Positions 35,000-42,453 of a DNA stretch of 64,000 bases are shown piece by piece. This DNA is from Alphaproteobacteria bacterium (GTDB taxonomy: Bacteria > Pseudomonadota > Alphaproteobacteria > Caulobacterales > Maricaulaceae). The DNA lies in contig WGNG01000010.1 in the NCBI GenBank assembly GCA_016124675.1, positions 12,634-76,633 on the forward strand, written 5' to 3'. A program made the position numbers and the translations under genes. The notes beneath the pieces are model-generated. The model did not search any database. It saw only the letters and a list, made by a program, of their open reading frames with translations, and was not told where the DNA came from. Position 1 is the first letter of the stretch, and each line of letters starts with the position of its first letter.

Positions 35000-36241
35000 A
35001 TGGTGAAACGTCTTCTGGCCGGGCCCTGGGAGCATATCAAGCAACGCTTCCCGGACCGGCAGATCTATCACCGCACCGAAGGTCAGGTGCGCTATTTTGC
35101 GATCACCACCGAGATGCAAGTCGCCGCCATTGGCGCGGTGTGCCTGCTGTCGGTCTGGCTGGCGATCACCTCGGTCAACATGGTGCTGAGCGCCCGCGCC
35201 GAAGGCCGCGCCGAACATGAAATCCGGCTTCTGGCCGAGCGTCACCAGCAGGAGCTGGACGAGGCCCGCGCCGCCGAAGCCGCCGCCATCGCCTATGTGG
35301 AATCGCGCACCAGCGCCTTTGACCGCACCGCCGGTGAATTGCAGAGCCGCTCCAACACCCTGCGCCGCCTGCTCGACTTCGCCGATGACCTGTCGCTGAC
35401 GCGCGAAAGCGAAAGCCCGAGCCTGGATGATGGCCGCATCCTGATGGCCGCCACCGAAGGCGACGAGGCGCCGCGCGAACCGCTGGTGGCCACGGCCGCG
35501 CTCGCTCTCGATCCCGACGCCGACCCGGCCGAACAGCGCGTGGCTGCGCTGCTGGCCGATCAGGAAGCCGCCCTGGCCCAGGTGGAGGAAAGCGCCGAGC
35601 AGCGGCTGGAAAAGCTGCGCGCCGTGCTGCGCCTGACCGGCATGCGGGTGGATGACGCGATCAGCGCCGGACCGCTGGACGGCGATGGCGGCACGGGCGG
35701 ACCCTTCATTCCCATCGATCAGGCGCCGGTCTTCTCCGGCGGGCTGGACCTTACCGACCCGTTCAACGCGCGCATCGCCCGCATCACCGCGCGCCTGGTG
35801 GAGGCCGAGCAGGTCGAGCAGCTGCTCACCGCCGCGCCGCTGGCCATGCCCGTCGAAGGACCGCACCGGCGCACCTCGTCCTATGGCACGCGCATCGATC
35901 CCTTCACGCGCCGCCCGGCCTTCCATGCGGGCGCCGATTTCGCCGCCTATCGCGGGGCGCCGATCGTGTCGCCTGCGCCGGGCCGGGTCGTTTACGCGGG
36001 CTGGCGGGCAGGCTATGGTCGGACCGTGGAGGTCGATCACGGGTTCGGTTTCCGCACCCGTTTCGCCCACCTCCATTCCATCGATGTGCGCCGCGGGGAC
36101 GATGTCGAAGGCGGTCAGCGCCTGGGGGGCATGGGCTCGACGGGCCGCTCGACGGCGACCCATCTACACTACGAGATTTGGTTCCGTGGCGCTCACGTGG
36201 ACCCTGAAGATTTCATCAGAGCGGGACGCTATGTTCACTAA
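35000..36241 (+). CDS. M23 family metallopeptidase with N-terminal TM/coiled-coil region
   Basis: ORF 34931..36241, start taken at ATG 35000. LytM motifs HAGADFAA and GSTGRSTATHLHYEI. Confidence 0.85.
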   Translation: MVKRLLAGPWEHIKQRFPDRQIYHRTEGQVRYFAITTEMQVAAIGAVCLLSVWLAITSVNMVLSARAEGRAEHEIRLLAERHQQELDEARAAEAAAIAYVESRTSAFDRTAGELQSRSNTLRRLLDFADDLSLTRESESPSLDDGRILMAATEGDEAPREPLVATAALALDPDADPAEQRVAALLADQEAALAQVEESAEQRLEKLRAVLRLTGMRVDDAISAGPLDGDGGTGGPFIPIDQAPVFSGGLDLTDPFNARIARITARLVEAEQVEQLLTAAPLAMPVEGPHRRTSSYGTRIDPFTRRPAFHAGADFAAYRGAPIVSPAPGRVVYAGWRAGYGRTVEVDHGFGFRTRFAHLHSIDVRRGDDVEGGQRLGGMGSTGRSTATHLHYEIWFRGAHVDPEDFIRAGRYVH

Positions 36242-36836
36242 AAAAGACTCCTCCCCCACCGCACCCGACGCCGGCTTCCAGCAGCCGGCCCCGTCCAAGA
36301 GGTCGTCCTCCATGAAAAGCAAAGCCCCTTCCATTCTCAGCGCCGACCTGGTCATCCACGGCTCGATCGCCTCCGAAGGCGAGATCCAGCTCGATGGCAC
36401 GGTTGAGGGCGACGTGCGCGCCGGATCGCTGACCATTGGCGAGGAAGCCAATGTGAAGGGCGAGATTGTCGCCGAGACCGTCACCATCCGGGGCCGCGTC
36501 CAGGGTTCGGTCCGGGCCCGTCAGGTGCAGCTGACCTCCACAGCCCGCGTGGAAGGCGATGTGGTCCACGCCACCCTCGCCATCGAAAGCGGCGCCTTCT
36601 TCGACGGCCATTGCCGCCGCTCCACCGATCCGATGACCGACAAGGCCGGCGCGCGTCCGGCCGCCCGCAGCGATGCGCCCGCCAGCCGGCCGGCTCCCTC
36701 TGCCGGCGCGCCGCAGAATGCTCCCGAGCCGCAGCCGGTCAGCGCCGGCATGGCCAAGCCCGCCACCCCCGCCGCGCCACCGCCTTCGTCCGGGGCAACG
36801 CCGCCTTCGTCCGGGGCGACGCCGCCGAAAGTCTGA
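36231..36836 (+). CDS. bactofilin family cytoskeletal protein with Pro/Ala-rich tail
   Basis: 3' part of ORF 35652..36836 from ATG 36231, overlapping the M23 stop by 11 nt. Beta-helical core SILSADLVIHGSIASEGEIQLDGTVEGDVRAGSLTIGEEANVKGEIVAETVTIRGRVQGSVRARQVQLTSTARVEGDVVHATLAIESGAFFDG. Confidence 0.85.
   Translation: MFTKKDSSPTAPDAGFQQPAPSKRSSSMKSKAPSILSADLVIHGSIASEGEIQLDGTVEGDVRAGSLTIGEEANVKGEIVAETVTIRGRVQGSVRARQVQLTSTARVEGDVVHATLAIESGAFFDGHCRRSTDPMTDKAGARPAARSDAPASRPAPSAGAPQNAPEPQPVSAGMAKPATPAAPPPSSGATPPSSGATPPKV
36781..36822 (+). repeat. 21-nt tandem duplication (2 copies, 1 mismatch) encoding PSSGATP-PSSGATP in the bactofilin tail
   Basis: cgccttcgtccggggcaacgc / cgccttcgtccggggcgacgc read directly. 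Confidence 0.85.
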
Positions 36837-36863
36837 CGCCTGGCGCCATGGCGCCCTGAATCA

Positions 36864-36896
36864 AAAGGCCGGGCGCGTCCCACGCGTCCGGCCTTT
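36864..36896. terminator. bidirectional Rho-independent terminator between convergent bactofilin and prfB
   Basis: aaaggccgggcgcg-tccca-cgcgtccggccttt: 14-bp stem with one G-U pair, flanked by A-run and T-run, so a U-tract follows on both strands. Confidence 0.7.
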
Positions 36897-36916
36897 GTCT
36901 TGCCATACGCCGGCCA

Positions 36917-38033
36917 TCAGGCCCCGGCCTCCTCCAGACCGACGCGCGCCGCCAGCGCCGCGGCCATGAAGGCGTCAAGATCGCCGTCGAGAACGCCTTG
37001 CGTATCGGAGGTCTCCACCTGGGTGCGCAGATCCTTGACCATCTGGTAGGGCTGCAGGACGTAAGAGCGGATCTGGTGACCCCAGCCGATATCGCTCTTG
37101 GAATCGGCCTCGGCCTGCGCGGCCGCCTCCCGCTTCTGCAATTCCTGCTCGTACAGGCGCGCGCGCAGCATGTCCCAGGCCTTGGCCCGGTTCTTGTGCT
37201 GGGAGCGTTCGGACTGACACGCCACCGCGATCCCGGTCGGGATATGGGTCAGGCGCACGGCGGAATCGGTCTTGTTGACATGCTGGCCGCCGGATCCCGA
37301 CGCGCGATAGGTATCGGTGCGCACATCCTTGTCCAGGATTTCGATATTGATGGTGTCGTCCACCAGCGGGTAGGACCAGACGCTGGCGAAGCTGGTATGT
37401 CGCCGGCCCGAGCTGTCATAGGGCGAGATGCGCACCAGGCGGTGAACGCCCGCCTCGGTCTTCAGCCAGCCATAGGCATTCTCGCCCTTGATCAGTAGCG
37501 TGACCGATTTCAGCCCCGCCTCGTCGCCCGCCTGATAGTCGATAACCTCAACCTTGTAGCCCGACTTTTCCGCCCAGCGCGAATACATGCGCATCATCAT
37601 CTCGGCCCAGTCCTGGGCTTCGGTGCCGCCCGCGCCCGGATGGATTTCGACATAGCAGTCATTGGCGTCCGCCTCGCCCGACAGGAGCGCCTGCAGCTCG
37701 GCCTTGCCGGCGCGTCTGGCCAGCGCGCGCAGCGCTGACAGGGCTTCGTCGTACAGCGCCTCCTCGCCCTCGGCCTCGGCCATGTCGGCGACTTCGATCG
37801 TGTCGGACAGCTCGGTCTCGATCTCGCGCACGTCGCGGATCGCGGCGTCCAGCCGGTTGCGCTCGCGCATCAGCGACTGGGCCTGCTCGGGGTTATTCCA
37901 CAGAGACGGATCTTCGGCCCGCGCGTTCAGCTCGTCCAGGCGTTTACCGGCAGTATCCCAGTCAAAGACGCCTCCGTAACAGGAGGGTGGACTGTTCAAC
38001 GGCCTGTTTCAGATCGGCAATTTCAGCGCGCAT
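36917..38033 (-). CDS. prfB: peptide chain release factor 2 (requires programmed +1 frameshift at 37964)
   Basis: Frame 0: ATG 38033 [23 protein letters not shown] then TGA. Frame +1 continues [22 protein letters not shown]...SPYDS...[20 protein letters not shown]. This joins ORFs 37962..38204 and 36917..37999. Confidence 0.93.
37961..37967 (-). promoter_or_regulatory. prfB +1 frameshift site CTT TGA C with upstream internal Shine-Dalgarno GGAGG
   Basis: The reverse strand reads cgg agg cgt ctt tga ctg gga. GGAGG lies 3 nt before the CTT slippery codon, as in the E. coli paradigm. Confidence 0.9.
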
Positions 38034-38094
38034 GGCGAGGGGACCTTCGAGGACGGTTGATGGAATGGACGAGCGGGATACCGGTTGGAGACGC

Positions 38095-40611
38095 TCAATA
38101 CAACCCGCCCAACGCCTCCTCGTCATCATCCTCGTCATCGGATCTGCGGCGATCGCCAGCCGGTCCGCCGAGCGCGCCGACGCCGAAGCTGAGCGTCTCG
38201 TCAACGGCTGACGCGCCGCGCTGCGGCTCGGTGCCGGGGCGGAACGCCTCCAGAATGGCGCCCGGACGGCCCAGTGCGGACGGTTCGCCCGTTTCGCGGT
38301 TGACCGGCGCGAGGCTCACTCCGTCAGGCAGGCGGAAATTCGACACCGCATAGCCCTGCAGGGCCGGGCGCAGGAAATCGCGCGCGATCGGCGCGGCCAG
38401 CACGCCGCCCGCCTCGCCCTGGCCCAGCGGCATCGGCGTATCAAAGCCCACATAAACGCCAACGATCAGGTCCGGGCTGAAGCCGACAAACCAGGCGTCG
38501 CGAAACTCGTTGGTCGTGCCCGTCTTGCCCGCCAGCGGACGCCCGAGCGCGCGCAGCGCCGTGCCGGTGCCGCGCTCCACGGCGCCTTCCAGCATGCTGA
38601 CAATCTGATAGGCGGTGACCGGATCGGCCGCCTCCTCACCGAGGGGCGCCAGGTCCGGCTCGCCCATGGCGGCGCTCCATTCGTCCGCCTGGCAGCCGGG
38701 GCATTCGCGCTCGTCGGCGACCCATATGGTCCGCCCCGTGCGGTCCTGAACCCGGTCAATGATGGACGGCTCGACCAGCCGCCCGCCATTGACCAGCGCG
38801 CCATAGGCGCCGACCATATCCATGAGCGTCGTCTCGCCCGCGCCCAGCGACATGGCCAGCGTCGGCTGAAGATCGTCATAGATGCCGAACCGGCGGGCGA
38901 GATCGGTGACCGGACCCATGCCCATGTCCTGGGCGAGGCGCACCGTCATCACGTTGCGCGACAGCTCCAGCCCGCGCCGCAGCGTCGAGGGCCCGTAGAA
39001 GACGTTTGAATAATTGGTCGGGCGGTAGAAGCGCATCTCCGCATCGCCTGACGCCACAAAGGGCGCGTCCAGGATGATCGACACCGGCGTATAGCCGTTT
39101 TCCAGCGCTGCGGCGTAGACGAACGGCTTGAACGCGGAGCCCGGCTGGCGGCGCGCCTGGACCGCGCGGTTGAACTGGCTCTGGGCGAAGGAATACCCGC
39201 CCACCATGGCGAGCACCCGTCCGGTGAACGGGTCCATGGCGACAATGCCGCCATTGACCTCGGGGATCTGGCGCAGGCCGTAATGATCCTCGGCCACGGT
39301 CTCGCCGGGCGCGTCTTGCGCCGTCAGGCGCTCCACCAGCACGACATCGCCCAGATTGAGCGCCGCATCGGCGCGCGCGATGGCCGGGCCCAGGCGGGGC
39401 ATGCCGGTCTCGGGATCGCGCGACGGCGCCCGCGCCCAGCTCAGCGCATAGAGCGGGATGCGCCCGCGCGTGCGGTCGGCAAAACCGATCTGCGCCTCGC
39501 GGTCATTAACCTCCAGCACCAGCGCCACAGCCCAGCCTTCATCAATGTCGGCGGGGGGGCGCACCGCGCCCAGGCGCGCAGGCCAGTCGTCGAATGCCTC
39601 AAACCGCGTCAACGGTCCGCGGAAGCCGTGGCGGCGGTCATAGGCTTCCAGCCCGTCGCGCAGCGCCCGGCGCGCCGCCAGCTGCATGCTGGTATCCAGG
39701 GTCGTGCGGATCGACAGCCCGCCTTCGTAAATCTGCTCATCGCCATAGCGGTTGAACACTTCGCGGCGGACCTGTTCGACGAAATACTCCGCCGCCAGAT
39801 AGGTCTCGCCCGCCAGGCGCGTGGTCGCTTCCAGAGGCATCCGGGCGGCGGCGTCGGCGGCCTCGCGTGTAATGTACCCGTTGGCGGCCATGCGCGAGAG
39901 CACCCAGTTGCGCCGGCCCACCGCCTCTTCGGTGCGTTGCTCGGGGTGGTAGTTATTGGGTCCCTTGGGCAGGGCCGCGAGATAGGCGATCTCGTGCAGC
40001 TCCAGCTCGTCCAGCGAGCGGTTGAAGTAGTTCAGCGCCGCCGCCGCCACGCCATAGGCCCGGTTGCCGAGATAGATTTCATTGAGATAAAGCTCGAGAA
40101 TCTGGTCCTTGGTGAAGGCGCGCTCCATGCGCCGCGCCAGCACCATTTCGCGCACCTTGCGGTCCAGCGCCTGCTCGGAGGAAAGCAGGAAGTTCTTGGC
40201 CACCTGCTGGGTGATGGTCGACGCGCCTTCGAGGCGCCGCCCGCCCAGATAATTGCCGATATTGGCGATCGCCGCGCGCAGGATGCCGGCGAAATCAAGC
40301 CCGCCATGCTGGTAGAAATTGCGGTCCTCGGCCGACAGGAAGGCGCTGATCACGTCGGGCGGGATATTCTCGATGGGCACGAATACACGGTGCTCACGTG
40401 CATACTCGGCGATGAGCAGGCCGTCGCCGGCATGCACCCGGCTCATGATCGCCGGCTCGTATTCGGCCAGCTGCGCGTAGTCCGGCAGGTCCTCGGTGAC
40501 CCGCACCACATAAACGATCGAGGCGATCAGCCCGATCACCCCCAGGACGCAGACGGTGACGCCAGCCCAGACCAGCGCACGAAGCGCATTGCCAAAGGTC
40601 AACAGTTTCAT
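38095..40611 (-). CDS. mrcA: penicillin-binding protein 1A (bifunctional transglycosylase/transpeptidase)
   Basis: ORF 38095..40788 trimmed to ATG 40611 (MKLLTFGNALRALVW, GAGGA RBS). GT51 motifs EDRNFYQHGGLD and RKVREM; TP motifs SAFKP and KTGTT. Acidic tail DDEDDDEE. Confidence 0.93.
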   Translation of the reverse strand: MKLLTFGNALRALVWAGVTVCVLGVIGLIASIVYVVRVTEDLPDYAQLAEYEPAIMSRVHAGDGLLIAEYAREHRVFVPIENIPPDVISAFLSAEDRNFYQHGGLDFAGILRAAIANIGNYLGGRRLEGASTITQQVAKNFLLSSEQALDRKVREMVLARRMERAFTKDQILELYLNEIYLGNRAYGVAAAALNYFNRSLDELELHEIAYLAALPKGPNNYHPEQRTEEAVGRRNWVLSRMAANGYITREAADAAARMPLEATTRLAGETYLAAEYFVEQVRREVFNRYGDEQIYEGGLSIRTTLDTSMQLAARRALRDGLEAYDRRHGFRGPLTRFEAFDDWPARLGAVRPPADIDEGWAVALVLEVNDREAQIGFADRTRGRIPLYALSWARAPSRDPETGMPRLGPAIARADAALNLGDVVLVERLTAQDAPGETVAEDHYGLRQIPEVNGGIVAMDPFTGRVLAMVGGYSFAQSQFNRAVQARRQPGSAFKPFVYAAALENGYTPVSIILDAPFVASGDAEMRFYRPTNYSNVFYGPSTLRRGLELSRNVMTVRLAQDMGMGPVTDLARRFGIYDDLQPTLAMSLGAGETTLMDMVGAYGALVNGGRLVEPSIIDRVQDRTGRTIWVADERECPGCQADEWSAAMGEPDLAPLGEEAADPVTAYQIVSMLEGAVERGTGTALRALGRPLAGKTGTTNEFRDAWFVGFSPDLIVGVYVGFDTPMPLGQGEAGGVLAAPIARDFLRPALQGYAVSNFRLPDGVSLAPVNRETGEPSALGRPGAILEAFRPGTEPQRGASAVDETLSFGVGALGGPAGDRRRSDDEDDDEEALGGLY

Positions 40612-40715
40612 CTGATCCTCACCCGGCGCACGGCCCCGCAGACCGCCCGCTCTCTGCCCCCCGAAACGGGCGCTATTATGGCGCAAGCGCCGCGCAAGCC
40701 AACAGGGCGCAGCGG

Positions 40716-41948
40716 TCAGCGGGCGCTGGCCACCGCAGCCGGGGCGCCGGTATTGGCCGCCCAGTAGGTCCACCCTGTCGCGCCGCATCCGGCGAAATGC
40801 GTGTCGATCGCCGCAGCCGCCGCCTGCATCAGGCGCCGGCGCCCGGCCGGGTCATTCATCCGCCGGGAATCCTCGCGATTGGTCAGGAAGCCCATTTCAA
40901 ACAGCACCGCCGGCGTCTCGGCGTCGGTCAGCACCGCGAAATTGGCTTCCATCGGCGTGGAGCGCCACAGCGCCGCCGTGCGTCCGACCTCGGTGCGCAG
41001 CGCCTCGGCGAACAGCTCGGACTGGCTGCGCTTGTTGGCGATCGACATCTCGACGAGGATTCGCGACACCTCTTCCGGACGGCTGATATCCACCCAGTTG
41101 CCGTCCGTGATGGCGCGGTCGCGCGCCCGGCTTTCGGCGCGTGCGTTCATGGAATAGACTGTGGCGCCCTGCGGGCCGCTGTTATCGCCAGCCGAGTCGG
41201 CATGGATGGAGATGAACAGGTCGGCGCGCGCCTCGCGGGCGATGCGCACCCGGTCATACAGGTCGACGAACACATCGGTGTCGCGGGTCATGATCACCTC
41301 GTACCGGCCCGACTCGTTGAGGATGTCGCGCAAGGCCAGTCCCGCCGCCAGCACCACGCCGGATTCATGCATGCCGCCAAAGCGCGCCAGCGCGCCCGGG
41401 TCACGCCCGCCATGGCCCGGATCGATGACCACGCGGATGCGCTCGCAGGATTCGGGCGTAAAGCCCACGCCCGCTTCACGCGCCACCAGCTCGGTGATGG
41501 TCGCCGCCGCTTGCGGGAAGCCGGACACGCTGGCGAAAGCGGCCTGGCTGACCGGTTCAAGGTCGATGACGGTGCGATAGCCGCCGCCGGCCGGGTCGAG
41601 CGACATCTGCTGGCGGATATTGGCCGGACCCGACAGCGAGAACACCAGGCGCGGATGGCTGGCGGCGTCATCAAAGCGGAATGCACCCACAAGCCCGGCG
41701 CCAAGCCCCGCTGCGTCCGGCAGGCCGTCGACGGCCCAGGACGCCGATTCAAACGACAGAACGAGTCGCGCACCCGGTTCGGAGAGGGTGTGGGCGCGCA
41801 CGCGCGCCGGCGTGCGCGTCTCGATCACCACCCGTGTGTGGGTGGCGTGCTCGCCGAAACGGATGGCGGTGATGTCCTGCGCATGCGCGGCTTGCGGCGC
41901 CAGCAGGGCGGCGGCGAACGCCAGGATCAGTGCGAAAATACGCGTCAC
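40716..41948 (-). CDS. N-acetylmuramoyl-L-alanine amidase (AmiC-like, N-terminal AMIN domain, signal peptide)
   Basis: ORF 40716..42059 trimmed to GTG 41948 (TRIFALILAFAAALLAPQAAHA). AMIN-like ITAIRFGEHATHTRVVIE; Amidase_3 VVIDPGHGGRDPGA...SIHADS. Confidence 0.85.
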   Translation of the reverse strand: MTRIFALILAFAAALLAPQAAHAQDITAIRFGEHATHTRVVIETRTPARVRAHTLSEPGARLVLSFESASWAVDGLPDAAGLGAGLVGAFRFDDAASHPRLVFSLSGPANIRQQMSLDPAGGGYRTVIDLEPVSQAAFASVSGFPQAAATITELVAREAGVGFTPESCERIRVVIDPGHGGRDPGALARFGGMHESGVVLAAGLALRDILNESGRYEVIMTRDTDVFVDLYDRVRIAREARADLFISIHADSAGDNSGPQGATVYSMNARAESRARDRAITDGNWVDISRPEEVSRILVEMSIANKRSQSELFAEALRTEVGRTAALWRSTPMEANFAVLTDAETPAVLFEMGFLTNREDSRRMNDPAGRRRLMQAAAAAIDTHFAGCGATGWTYWAANTGAPAAVASAR

Positions 41949-42059
41949 CCTTACACCCTCATCATCCCGTGCGCCTTGTCCCGCATTTTGCAGGCAGACG
42001 TCTTGAAGCCCATCATAAGGGGGTCCGCGTTGCGATTCGGTTAGCAGACTGTTGAGCAT

Positions 42060-42453
42060 TCCCTAACATGGACAAGCTTGCTTTTCATCGCCTGAAGAAT
42101 GGTGCAATGTGCGGCGCGTCGGCGTGCGCAGGCTCCGGTGACTCGGTTCCGCGCGCCCGGTGAATAAGCGCCATCGGCCATGCCGGCCGGGCGCGGATGA
42201 AACATGTTCAGGACGACGCGCGCACGGGAATCCGACGCGCCGGCGCCGGAAACACCAGAGAACGGGCGCGTCGCGGAAGGCTGAGGCCATGGCGGGTGCG
42301 CACGGAGGACCAACCCCATGCGCGCTGCGTTCGCGACCGCTTTGATGTCATCAGGCCCTCGCCCCGCTTCGCGCTCCAACGAACGCCGCCACATGTCGCC
42401 GCCCGGTTTGTCGCGGGCTGGAGATGCTGTCGTGCGGCCTGGAGACCGCTCTA
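42060..42453 (+). promoter_or_regulatory. long rne upstream region / 5' leader (about 390 nt, no credible ORF)
   Basis: Divergent gap between amiC-like and rne. RNase E genes are generally preceded by long autoregulatory leaders (established for E. coli). No specific motif recognised here. Confidence 0.3.
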
